From Peribolospora baueri (lineage: Eukaryota): a stretch of 64,000 nt of DNA. Shown here piece after piece: positions 38,383-52,192 of the stretch (the first letter of the stretch is position 1; each line of letters opens with the position of its first letter). The notes below the pieces were generated by a model. It searched no databases. It was given only the letters and a program-made list of their open reading frames with translations, and was not told where the DNA came from. The position numbers and the translations under genes were made by a program. Location of the stretch: positions 558,001 through 622,000 of the forward strand of contig JAMDHS010000001.1 of assembly GCA_029717555.1 (NCBI GenBank), written 5' to 3'.

Positions 38383-39333
38383 GTCCTCGTCCAATGTCTC
38401 TGCGGGCGAAGAGGAAAGCACTTCCCTTCAAGAGCTGCCCGCGGTCGCCGTTGTCGTCGTCCTCAGCGTCTTATCACTCACTTGGCGCAGATCAGCTGCG
38501 CAGGAAGGGTCGCGATCCAGGCGGGATCCAATGGGTGCTCGTGCGGATGAGTGGTGTTTCGGCGTTTGCTAGCGAAGGAGAGGAGGAGGATGGAGAGACA
38601 GGGAAAAAAAGAAAGAGCTGTGCGCGCGGCTTATGCGTGTATGTCTGTCGGTAGGGCTTTTGGATGACCGGTGGTGGTGATTGGGAGAGCTGGCGGGTAC
38701 CCACAAGTCAACCGTCCTTCCCGCGTGGGTATATCTCCAAGCACGGCACGTTTAGTGTGAGCTGCCAAACGGAACGCAGGTTCTTCGCCTTGGTTGCCTG
38801 TAACACTGCCCGCGGCCCGTCTCCACCAATTCGTTGCAAGGCTCACACAGCGTCGAAAGGCGAGTTCTGGCCTTCTGAGTCGTAAGTAGGTAGGCGTTGA
38901 AGTGATCCTCCTGATGCGGCCGGACTCGATCATTCGCTCCATCGCGGGCCGTGGGTATTCCAATCACGTGCCATGCGACCGCAGCCGGGTTTGCGCTTGC
39001 TGGCCCGGCGCGTGGCGGCGTCGTCGGTCTGGGAAAGCGGAGGGAGATCCACTTTAGACGGGGGGTGCACTCGTCCAGCACTGCATCTTCGTATTTCGAG
39101 CTCGAGATACTCGTCTGATTTCCTCCTCCTCACCGCTCCTCTCATCGTCGTCTTCCCAGCCCTCATCCGTCTCAGCTCATTTGTCGCTTAGATTCAACGC
39201 CGCCAATGTGAGTCCTCTTGACTGGCGCGATGGAATGTGATGAGATGGCAAACATACAGCGCGTTGAATTCACTCCTCGCTCCTCTCACACCCTCGTCAT
39301 TCGCCTCCTTCCCTGACCTTTACTTCTTCCTGA

Positions 39334-40671
<1,338 letters not shown>

Positions 40672-41278
40672 ATCTGTTCGTCGGTCAGTTCATTTGGCCA
40701 GGGTCGGGAGCCGGTCGTCGTTGGTCGGGGTAGCGTGTAGTTCACTTCTCCTCTGTCTTCATGTAGTAGTGTTTTATATGGCTCTCACTTCTGTGCCTCC
40801 TCCCCGTCCTTCTTTCGTGGTTCGTCCGTAAGCCCGCCCGTCCGCCCGTCTGTCTGTTTGTGTCACCTTTACCCCACCCCCTTCTTCCGCTTCTTCCTTC
40901 CGTCCAATCTTGACCATTTGACATTCTCAGATCGGTCCCGTTCGGGGTTTCGTCTCGTACACGTGCTACTGGTGTTTGCTCCTCTCTATGCGTCTGTCTG
41001 GGCGTTCACTCACTCTCCAGATGTAGAGGACCAAATAAGGGATGAGTGACTATTAGAGAGATACCTCGTCCTTAGAAAGGTCGTGACAGAAGAGGCGTAT
41101 TACTGCGACATCCTACGGCGATGTGCTGACATCAGATTCGCTTGTTCAGATTAACAGAGCCCTCGCATGCCGCAGTCTGGCCCTTCTTGCCGCAGCATAT
41201 CCACCGCTTCCTAAATTTCTTATGAGCACCAATTTGACGAATCCCAAGCTACCCCCATCCCCTCCCTCCCTCCTTTAC

Positions 41279-43213
41279 ATGGCAGCCGTCGCCTCGCCCC
41301 CGGCCGCCACCAGCGCCATGGGCGACTCTCCTTCACATACACAATCTGACTCATCTCTGCCCGCTGTGCACGCGCACAAGAAGCACAAGAAGCGCAGTTC
41401 CGCGGATCTCTCCGATGAGCAGCCTGCTTCCTCTTCATCGTCGAAGAAGGACAAGAAGGAAAAGAAGAAGAAGAGTCGCAGCTCCGATGCCAGCGGGGAC
41501 AGAATGGCAGAAGTGAGAGCGGTGGATAGAGCAGACGAGGGTGCGGGAAAGAGCGCGTCATCCGCCTCTTTGGCATTCCGGGTCATGTACCCTTTGATCA
41601 CGCTCACAATCCCACCGGTCTTCGCGAGCGACCCCGTGCGGGGCGTGAGGGAGACGCTGGACTCGCTAGTGATGCGGTAAGCCAGCATCCTTTAGTTTTT
41701 GTCTCGTCTCGTGCTTTTAATTCAATGCTCCTACAATACACCGGAGCGACGTTGGATGATCCTAAGTCTACCTCTTTTGAACCGCGACCCTCCTTTCCAG
41801 ATACCTCCCGGCACCTGTGTCAGGCATCCTTCTCACACACATGGAGCACTCCTTCATGTCCAATAATGCGGAGGTCATTGGAGACTGCCCCTTTGCCGTC
41901 GTCAAGGTCGGCTTTGAGGCTCTCGTCTGGCGGCCAAAGGTTGGCATGAAAATGGGTGAGCGTTCCATGCATACGTGTGCTTTCCCCAGCCTTCCAGCCG
42001 CCAATGCGTAGCTGATTGAGTTGGAGCTTTTTCCCTTTCTCCGACGATATGGCGGGGTTGGTTACAGATGGTCGGATATCCGTCTCATCACCAGACCATG
42101 TTGCCCTCCTCGTCCACTCCACCTTCAATGCCTCCATCCCGGCACACCACTTACCGAGCCAGGAGTACGAGTTCATTTGGGATGAGGAACGCGCAGGCGA
42201 TGCGGAAAGCGGAGCAGCGGAAGAAGAGGACAAGGCGAGTGTAGGTCCACATCGGTCGATGGGGTACTGGGTACGGAAGTCGGACGGAGCGCGATTAGGC
42301 GGGAAAGATGGACGATTGGAGTTTACCGTCGTCGGGTGAGTGTGGTCTCGGACTGTGTTCTCGGCGCTGTTGGCTCGTGGGGACGTTTGCGCTGATGACC
42401 GCTTGCCTGCCACTGTCGAATAGGATGACCATCGCGAATCACATGATCTCTCTCCACGGCTCACTACTCTCCGACCCCTTCTCCGTGCCATGGTCCCTCC
42501 GGGCTGAGGTCGCACCGCTCTCCACCACGGACGCCGCATCGTCCTCCCAAACGGGTGCGGCTTCTGCGTATGATGATGACGACGAGTCTGACGACGACGA
42601 CGACGACGACGCTACCGAAGGTCCGCGAAGTCGTAAGCCCTACGGTTCCCACGTCAAGTTCGATGACGACAACAACGACGACGGCGGGAACGATGGAGCT
42701 GCTGGTGTGGTGAACGAGAGCGTAAATCTGCCGGAGGTTGATGGTGCCATGGCAGAGGATGAGAATAGGAAGGAGAAGGACAAGGAGAAGCGGAGGGACA
42801 AGGAGAAGAGCAAGGAGAAGCGCAAGGACAAGGAGGGGGAGAAAGGCGAGTTAGCCGAGAAGGACAAGAAGACGAAGAGCAAAGAGGCGGAGAAGACGCC
42901 CAAGAGTACACTCAAGAAGCTTGCCACCTCCTTCTCAGACCGGGAAGCGGCGCTTCGGGGAACGCCGGTCAGTTCGCCGCGAGTGGTACGTTTCGCGGAC
43001 GAGGAAGAGGCGAAAGCTTCTATGGTGGCGGCCGCGAGGTCTCCTTCGACGACTGCTAGGGAGAAGGAAGGCAAGGAGAAAGAGAAGAAGAGCAAGAAGC
43101 GCAAGAAGGAGAGTTTGGATGGCGCGGCGGGCAAGAGCGACGACGACGGAGTTGGAAGCAGCGCGGCGAGTACGCGGAAGAGCTCAAAGAAGTCGCGCAA
43201 GGACAAGGTATAG
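41279..43213 (+). CDS. RPA43: RNA polymerase I subunit A43 with a K/E/D-rich C-terminal tail, multi-exon
   Basis: LTIPPVFASDPVRGVRETLDSLVMR|YLP, FEALVWRPKVGMKM, SSPDHVALLVHSTFNASIP, ANHMISLHGSLL. Start at 41279 or 41222. Confidence 0.88.
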
Positions 43214-43667
43214 GCGGATGGCTTGACCGAAGTTTCCCGCCCTCAGTCGGAATTGCCGGCGATGCTGGTACTATTCATGGCGACATATTTGGTCAACCGC
43301 GTCGCCTAATGATATCGCTTTTTTGGATGTCACCACCAAGACGTGCTTTTGCACTAGCTGGTGTCTACCTGCGGGGTAGCGTGGGTTTGCTCCTCCAGCA
43401 CTCTTTCCCTGTATTCCTAACTTCAGAATCGGCGGATGATTGCAAGAATGGCGCTCATTCGAATGCGTTCCTTGAACACGCCTTTGCTCCGTCATCTATG
43501 TATCAGAGGAAGATCATCCTATGCGAGCCAAATGCATCTTCGAAGTCTTGCTCCACTCCCCTCTCTTCTCGGTCGAGCTGCGACGCCGTTCCACTTGCCA
43601 GCGGACGACGCGAACGCCCCGAGGAATAGGGGAGAATCGAACCCGAAAGTCGAGCTAAAGCCGCGTA

Positions 43668-44373
43668 TTACGTCTTGAAAGATTCCTCAGTTGGAAGCGT
43701 GTCCTTTGGATGTTTTGAGGCGAAGTGACTTTCTAGGACCTTGTATCCCTGTGTTGCGAAGTGGGAGCGAGGAGACGCAGTGGGATGTGGCGAGTGTACC
43801 AGGTTGAGCGTAGCTTCCTCCTCCTCGACCGCATTGCCCCGCCATGTTCAGTCTAGACTGGAAGCGCTGGCGCGCCCACATCCCCGACCAACATACTCAC
43901 CGGCACCTGGAGCATGCACTGAGGGCAGGTGAATTTGAGACCTTGCTGTCGCGCCGTGCCCAGTTGAGAGCTTCCACCTGGCCCAGTGTAGGTTTCATGA
44001 TCATGGAAAGCGCAGAGAAGAGAGAAAGAACGAGTAAGGCGACGAAAGTGTGCTGTGTGCTGGTGCTAACGCACACAAGACGACAATTCAACGATGGAGA
44101 CTTGGACAAAGAAGGGCGTATTCTTCCACTTCGTTCAAAGCACGCACCTGCCGCTTTGGCTTGCTTGACCTGCGCCTTCGCGCTATTCGTCGACGCGGAG
44201 AAGGGAACGAGAGACAGCGCTCAGGGTCAGCTTGGGGTTCTGTTGCTCAGGCAGAGCATGGCTGCCTGCCTCTCTGCCCGTTATGCCCCTCCCCGGTCCA
44301 TTAGAGAAAACGCGAAAAATATTAACAGCGCGCGTACTCACCGTGCCTGCTCCTTGGCGTGCCCCCGGACCAT
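43668..44373 (-). CDS. ZNF706-like small zinc-finger protein (SERF/4F5-like N-terminus plus C2H2), 74 aa, 4 exons (44373-44342, 44182-44148, 43977-43901, 43748-43668)
   Basis: Manual splicing gives MVRGHAKEQARAKAQVKQAKAAGGSSQLGTARQQGLKFTCPQCMLQVPGYKVLESHFASKHPKDTLPTEESFKT*. All introns are GT-AG with matching phases; CxxC...HFxSKHP motif present. Confidence 0.92.
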
Positions 44374-44783
44374 GCTTGCACGACTTGTGAGAGGAAGGAC
44401 GACTTGGGGTAGGAAGGGATTGTCGAAACGCAGGTGTCCATCAATATATTGAAATCTCACAGCCAGGCTTGACCCGATTTGATCGAGTCGCCGCAGTCAG
44501 GGCGCGGGCGAGGTCCGGTCGGCCTCTCCGACGCGCATATGTTTGGATACGATCACCGTCTGATCTTTGTCCCTTCTTCACCCCTTCATTAGCTCCCTCC
44601 CTTTGGCTGTCATTTTCAACACTCTGAGAGCGAGACCAGACGAGAGGAGCCGAGGTCGACGCCACGTATCCCGACGAAGCACGGCTATCATAGCACGCCT
44701 CACAATCCCAAGCTCAAAGGGAATTCTCGTAGCGCGTGCAGATCGTCTAGGCCCCTGCCTCCCGCTTGCGACCCTAGTCGTCC

Positions 44784-47700
44784 ATGGCTGGCCTGGGTGT
44801 CAACCCCGGCCCCGTATTTCGTGATGTTCTTCCACCGGTCGTCCACGACGACGCCTCCGACACCCCCTCCCTTCCTCCCATCTCCCCCTCCCAGTCGCTG
44901 GCGGACCTAGAGTCGCATGTGCGCAGCTCAACGTCCATCGACGAGTTTACTCGGATTATTACCGAGTATCGTCTTACATCTCGAGCTGGCCATTGGAGGG
45001 GAGGCTCCTCCTCTTCCGAGTCTGCCTTCCGAAGCGATCGTGATCGCGGTGGGCGATTCGTCGGGTCGGGTCGGGGAAAGGTGGCCATATGGATGGTGGA
45101 CGAAGCGACAGGGTGCATTTGTTGTGAGAAGGAGGATTGTCAGGTTGGGCGAGAAGTGAAGGAGGAGTGGGCTGGGTTAGAGGCGGACCTAAGGCTCAGC
45201 GCTGGTGAGTGCTCAGACTTTTCCGAATCGTGTAAGCTTACTTGGTGTGGCTTCTAATGTTGTGGACGCAAGCATGGACGAGCGCTCTCGCCTCTGACTG
45301 AAAATCTTCGTTTACGTTTTGCTTTCCTAACCTCCTCTTCGCAGAGATCGGTCAGGCTCTCCTGCGGAAGGTGGACGTTTTGGAACGCAAAGGCGAGGAC
45401 GACCGTGAAAGCTTTGTACTGCAGGTGAGCCGGTGGCCGTCCTATGGTCGGGATGGAGAAAAAATATAGTAGAGATTGGCGTGTCTTACTCTTTCTTTTT
45501 CTTTGTCTGGTCAGCGAGACCAACTGATGTCTCGATTGACCGCGTCCATCAAAGAGCGCTCGCTTCTTGGCCGCGGCTTGACGCAGGCGAACCTCAACTT
45601 GGAGGCCGCAGAGTCATCGAACAGAGCCATTCTTCGAGAGCTGGACGACGTGAGGGGACAGGTGGCCCGGCTAATCACTTCTCAGGCCCGCTCCGTGGGC
45701 TTGGAAGGCAGGGGAGAGCGTCTGGCGCAGCAAGTGGAGGATCTTGAGCAGGAGCTTGAAGTGCAGAGGAAGCGCGTGACCGAGGCCGAGAGGCGGGAAA
45801 GGGGTGTGAAGGACAAGTGCGAGGAGCTTCAGGGTACTCTAGCGCGGCTGAGGTGGGAGAAGGAACAGGTGGTAATAGCAGCAGGTAAGGTGGATGAGGA
45901 GGTCATGGAGAAAGCGAAAGAGAGGATACGAAACTTCGCACAACCGGTGAGTATGACGAGCTCTTTCTGCATCTTGTGATATTCTCACTTCCATTCATTT
46001 TTCTTTGGCTCGCTCCTGCAGGTGACCGGCACACAACATGTCTCTCCCGAGATCGTTGAGCTTCTTGAGTCCCTCGTCGCAGACAATGAATCTCTACAAG
46101 CCTCCAAGGCCGAGATGGAGTCACTCCTCACCTCCACACGAGAGGAGCTCAAGACCCTTCGCGACGGGGCTTCAGAACTACTCCTCTCTGCAGCTGCGCG
46201 TGCGGAGACGAGCTTCGAGAATCAGACGACGCCGACGCTTTCGGAGGAGCTCTTTCCTCGCAGTCTCCCAAAGGCTTGGGTGGACAGTCCTCTAGGGAGC
46301 AGAGTTAGCAGTCCCACACCATCGTCTGGGCCGCTGGCGAGTTCTTCAACACCTGCACGATCCGTACAACGCACTGTTGAGACTCCGGTTACAGCCGCTC
46401 CTCCGCCTCCTTCGTCCCATTCGGCAAGCAGTGATAGGGAGAGTCGCGAGCCACATCCCGAGACGCGCACGGCCACCTTGCCCGTCCTCCTCGACTACTG
46501 TTCCAAGCTGTTCGCACGGTTGGCGAGCGCGGATCCGCCCACGATCGAGAAGAGACTGCAGAGACAGCGACTTGCAGGTGACGTTGGTCATCTGGCGAGA
46601 GTCACTATCAAAGGGTTGTTAAATGATGTGAGCCTTTGTGTTTTGCCAGTCCGTCTGCTGGCCCGAGAAGAGCCTCCGCTCATTGTTAACTCCGCCAACA
46701 TTTTGGCATACTGTGCTGTAGATTGATGGCCTCCGAGACCACTTCCGCAAAGTCCTGGAAAGCGAACGTTCTTCTCTTGCCAAGGATGGCTCGTCGCTTG
46801 GCTCTGCCGGCCTCGATGCCGCTGCCGGGGCCGTCGGGAACGAGTCTCTAGTGTCTCGAAAGGACTTTATATCGCTCGTCAAGCTCTTCCGCGACGTGTT
46901 CGCTGAGATGGCCAGGCTCCGTGGAGTAGTGAACGAAGTCGGGCTTCACCCCTCTTCGGCGGAGAAGATCCTTGAGGACTTTACTCGCGGTGGGACGGGT
47001 CAGCTGGCGCCGAAGGACGCGGACAAGGCGAGCGGGTGGATGGCTCCTCTGAGTCGACTATTGGGGAGCACTGCCGGACAGCAACCCAAAGGCCCGGAGA
47101 GTGGCAATGTTCAACAACGCTCTTCAATGGCGGGGAAAGCTGCCCCGTCTCTGTCCACGGCCCCCAGTTTTGAAAAGAGTTTCAGCGCCCCACAACGTCC
47201 GGGGATCAAAGCTGCGCCTGCTGCCATGTCCTCGACGGTCGCGGTGGAGATCAAGAGTGGCGCCGCGCGATCTTCGTCCTCTTCCTCGGCAGACGGAAGG
47301 CCAGGTTCAGGTGTGGGCACTGGTCAAGACCTGTCGGCCGTTCCCTTCTCGTCCGCTTCTCCGCCGTCTGTACGACGCAGCACGTTGACGCGCGCGCAGA
47401 GTCGCAATCTCCACGGCCTCTTTGCCGGCGCGGCCACTGGCGCCCCTCGTGGCCTGAAGGGTGGCATCCCGGATCAGTGGGAGATCATCGAGAATGATGT
47501 CGCCGGAGGTACGCCTCGATTGCGCACGACGCGGTCGGGGACCGATCGACCACGTGGAAGACCTTTCTCAACCGTGGACGATGCGGCGCTCGGTGGTGTG
47601 GGGAATGAGGGCGATGAAGACGACCAGGACGGCGATGGAACGGGTGATTTCCGCACCACGCTCCTCGAGCGCACCCTCCTCCCACGGGGTCTGTCCGACT

Positions 47701-48326
47701 CTTCTATCCGTTCTACTTTCCTCGCTCACGGACACGCGTCTCCTCTCAACCGCGTCGTCACGCCGGCTACGTTAGCGCTCAGCTCGCCTAGCAATGGAAC
47801 GGCCGCTGCTGGAGCAAGCGCCGCAGGGAGCTTTGCCGGCGCGAGTGGTCGGACGCCCGCTCCCAGTGCTAACGAGGGCGTGTTCGGCGGGATATCCGCT
47901 CGCATTCGAGGATTGCCGTTCGCGGGTTTGGGAGTGGGGATAGGAGGAGGCGGTGGAAGCGTTACGGGCAGTGCTAGCCCTTCCGCACCCGCTTCGCCTG
48001 ATCGCGACCGTCATTTTCATCCACCATCCGGAGGGCCTGGGAAGAACATCTATGGGCTGCCGGTGGGACCCGTTCCCTTGGGACGTGCGAAGAGCGTGTC
48101 GAACCGGGGTACATCGGCGAGAAATGCGGCGGCAGGGCCCTCATCTTCAAATCAGGGAGATGATGGATCGCGCTCCATGTCGACCAGCCAGGGGAACCGT
48201 GATGGGGGCGGAGGTAGACTGTGGAATGTCGTCGGCGGCCTCGCCAGCGCGGCTTTGCCGGACCAGGGAGGAAAGATCGGAAAAGGAAGCCGGAAGGGCG
48301 AGGGAATGGATGGCAAGTTCTTCTAG
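44784..48326 (+). CDS. Uncharacterised long coiled-coil protein with a Cys cluster, a CC1-box-like motif and a disordered C-terminus, multi-exon
   Basis: Spliced CICCEKEDC...LEADLRLSA|EIGQALLRK; heptad-rich segment 45513-45947; ESLVADNESL, LEKRL-like IEKRLQRQRLAGDVGHL, RKDFISLVKLFRDVFAEM, PRGLSDSSIRSTF. Confidence 0.78.
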
Positions 48327-48828
48327 TTCGTCGGTAATCAAGATAGTCTTTCCCTGCAGTACCCCCTTCGCCTTTCTCTCTCGTCTCTTACACTTTCGTT
48401 TTCGCTGCCCCAGTTAGTCTTACTGCTGCTCGTTTTGCTTTCATATGCCGCTCGCGCTGCATCGTTCCTTCCGTGATATGAATACCTCGGAATACCTTCG
48501 CCCTCACCGGTCGGTCAGGCAGTGATGCCCCGTCCTTGTACGTACGACCGAGATACCACCCTCCTCCCGTCGTCCCTCTTACTCCACATCCGTATGCACG
48601 TGTTATAACACCACTGCCGTTAGCGGGATCGGCCAGTTGTCCCGCCCCGTGCCTGTGGCGCAACAGGGAACGTACACGCGTACGAACGTGTTTGGTGTTC
48701 CTTCGGGCGCCATCATGGCCAAGGTCGTCCACCCATCCCTTCTCCCGCTACCTGTCTTGTCCGGATGCTCACCTTCTCTTGCTTTAGGACCCCAACTTAA
48801 ACGTCGTCAGGTCATCGAGCCCGCAAGA

Positions 48829-51138
48829 ATGGCGAGCTTGACGCATCGTGCGCGATCTGCCTTCTTGCGGGTCTACGTCGCCGTCATCTCCTTGACGCTC
48901 GTCTTCCGGCTCATCTACGCCAGTCCGCTGCAAACAGTTCTCCAAACCAGTGCCACCGCCACCACTGACCCTCTCAACCCCTACCCTAACAAGCCCAAAC
49001 TCACGTTCAACGCACAAGGCCAGTTCAAGCTTGCTGTCTTCACGGACTTGCATTTCGGAGAGCTTGAGGATGAAGAGGCGGGCCCGGCTCAGGATACGGC
49101 GTCTCAAGGTGTTATGAACTACGTCTTGGACACTGAGGCGCCGAATTTCGTGGTTTTCGACGGGGTGAGGTATCCGCTTGCTGTTTCGCTCCATAAGACG
49201 AGAGAGCGAGAAGCGGTGATCTTTGAAGCTTGGCCCCGTCGTCTCAATTTGTCGCGCATTAATGAATGCGACTTCGAGGCTCCTTCCTGTCAAGGCAAGG
49301 TGCTGATCGTCCTCTTCGATGTCTCCATTATCGCAGGACCAAGTATCCGGTGATCAGGCGCACATCAACAATGCGACCGTGTACATCACCGAAGCTCTGG
49401 AGCCCATCAGTGAGTTTGCCCTTCCCGCAGCCAAGAACGGCCTTCGAAGAAAGTTTGAATGCATCACTGGGCATTTGCGTTGATCCACTACCAGTGAACC
49501 GCTCCATCCCCTTCTCGAGCACCTATGGGAACCACGAGTGAGCACTTTTTGACCGTGGAATCCTTCAGGAAATATACGTCACTTATAAGAGACTCCTCTC
49601 TTTCTTCCCGTTCTTTCAACTCGGACCATCGTCTTCTTCCCGACACCCCCGTCCCCGTTCACAGCAACGACAGGTCTCTTACGCACCTCATCTCCATGCA
49701 GCATGAGCTCAACCTTACCAACCTCTCCTACACCCGTCCCGCTCCACCGGGCGTGGGAGGGAACGATACGATGGGATATGGGGTCGCGAACTACTGGGTG
49801 CCGGTGTTTGCAAATGAGGGAGGTGAGTTTGGGCTCGTTGGCATTGTGTCTTTTGAGGAAGTTTGTTCGGTGCCGCTCGTTCCTTCCGATACTAATATCT
49901 ATCACGAACCCATATTTCGTCACCTTCATTGGATTTATTGAACGGCCGTTCGACTCTTCCGCGATTTCAAAGATACAAAACCCGCCCTGCTGCTATGGTT
50001 CTTTGACAGCCGGTCTGGACGCACGTATGGCAACGCCTCCCAACAGATCGATGATTGGGTGGACCATTCCGTACCTCCGGTATGTCCTCAGTCAACTCTC
50101 CTATAACATTGTCTTTCCCTTGGTGGACAATCTGAAGGATATGGACTGGCTAGGCGACAACTTAGGAGATCTCACTTTTACATGTCTACCTGTCGGCCTG
50201 TTTGCCCAGTGGATCGAATCTGAGACGGCCACGATGGAGGCGAAGTGGGGCTCTCTTCCTCCTTCACTTGTCTTCGTTCACATCCCTCCGTGAGTGATTT
50301 TGCCCTCTTATGATCGAATTCGGTCGAACGAAGTAGTCCACACAGAGATGTAAAACGTCATTACCCCTCTTTGCATGGACACTGCAGACACGCCTTCCTA
50401 ACGGCTCAAACCACGAACCCAGTCAACACGACCATCGTTCCAGGCCTCGCACAGGACAACCTTACACAAGGAGGTATGCAGGACTTTGAAGCCGGGTCCG
50501 GCCAGCCAGTTTACCAGGGACAGGATCAGCCATTCATGAACACCGTTGTCGGAGGTAGCATCGGGAAGGCTGGGATAAGTAAGTGAAGAATTGGGACAGG
50601 TGCGGCAACGGACGAAAAACGCTGTGTTGCCTGCTAACACGGTCTCTCGTGCGTGGTTCACCATAGTCTCCTTTGTTTCCGGGCACGACCATGGAGACGC
50701 CGTAAGTGCCCCTAAATAGCCTTCTGCCCGATGTTTTCACAGTAGTGGCCAGTAGTTCTTGGATGGCTGACCACAGGGACGGATTGTCACGACGTTCGGT
50801 CCGATCAGTGGTGCGCTCCGACATCGTACAATTCCTCTCGTCTGATCCTCTGCTTCGCTAAACACACAGGTCACGGTGCGTTTCCCGTTCATCTCTCGGA
50901 GAAAGGTTGGAAAAGGAAGCGAGGAACGACGGCATTTACTGATTGTAGTTAAGCTACCTCTCCATTGGTTTCTCGCTCTGCGTCAGGTGGCTACACCGGG
51001 CCAAACTGGGGCTACGGCAGTCGGATCTTCTCTCTCTCCTTAGAGTCCCTCAGCAAAAAGACTCAGACCTGGGTCAGGATGGAGGACGGAGAAGTGAGAT
51101 ATAACGTCACTCTCGACGACAGTTACGGACATAGATAG
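48829..51138 (+). CDS. Calcineurin-like metallophosphoesterase (DCR2/purple acid phosphatase-like) with N-terminal signal/TM, many exons
   Basis: FKLAVFTDLHFGE, VVFDG|DQVSGD, YGNH, GVANYWVPV, LLWFFDSR, LVFVHIPP, SGHDHG, LCFAKHTG, GYGSRI, TWVRMEDG; stop at 51138. Confidence 0.88.
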
Positions 51139-51592
51139 AGTGTAAGGGCGGACGCGCGTGTGCATCCCGTCCACAATATACCATGGACACCAGTGGAGTT
51201 CGCGCGAAATTCACTATTTTGCACACTTCGGAAATGCTGTGAATAACAACCGGATGCCTGAGCAAAGAAGGAGAGCCTCGCCTTGCCTAGCTGACCCGGT
51301 CCATCATACGTTTTAATGTCGTATCACATCCTTCGAACCCATCTCGCCCCCTAGCAGAGGGCCGCTCTCCCGTCGATGATCGTGCTACAAAGGCGGATGA
51401 GAGCAAAGCATCAATGGAAGGGAAAAGTTGGTCCGTTTCGGATAGCTGGGATGCGAAGGGTGCCACCGAGGGAGGGTAGCTACATGGCAAGTGGTACAGA
51501 TCGCGACACAAGGCGAAGGGTGGAATAAGAAGTGGGAGAGGACGAACTGCTAGACGAAACAACCAAACCGAGTTGGCCCAGAACAGGAATCA

Positions 51593-51972
51593 TCATCGTG
51601 TGTTGATCGCCTCGAGCGCCTCGAGCGTCGTGACCGAGTTGCCGCGGATGACCTGTCGGTTGTTGTTCGGAATGAGGCAGTGCGTGGAGCATTAGCGAGA
51701 TGTGAACTCGGATGCGGCCCCTAGTAGTGCCCCTTCCACCAGCGCCTCTCCTGTTGCCTGACCTCTCTCTCCGGCGCCCGAGATCCACTCACCACCGTCC
51801 CACACTTCTTCTTCTCAGTCGGATCCGTCTCCTCGAGCGCCTCGTCAAGGACGAGGTTGAGGAAGATGTCAAAGCCTCGGAGCGTGCCGGATATTTTGCG
51901 TCCGCCCTGGACGTGCACAAACACGTGCTTGTCAAGGTATCGCTTGAGTTCGGGCTGCGATGCCTTGGACAT
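51593..51972 (-). CDS. SMX2: Small nuclear ribonucleoprotein SmG, 2 exons
   Basis: MSKASQPELKRYLDKHVFVHVQGGRKISGTLRGFDIFLNLVLDEALE...GTV|VIRGNSVTTLEALEAINTR*. Confidence 0.95.
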
Positions 51973-52192
51973 GGTCGTTGTGTGTGTGGATGGAGTCGTC
52001 GTTGTTAAAAGTGGACGTTTTCGACGACGCGATGAACAACGGCATGCGCAGACGAAGACTTCGATCACGTGATGCGATCGGCGGGCTTCCACGTATGTCG
52101 AAACTTCCATTCCCCACTTGCAACTCGCTGTGCATTCTCCTCCATTCCAGGTCCTTCGTCTTCGCCCCGAATCGGTTCCAGTATCGGACACA

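Noticed and set aside
43844..44452. 202-aa plus-strand ORF
   Set aside because: Antisense to the well-supported spliced ZNF706-like gene and has no motifs.
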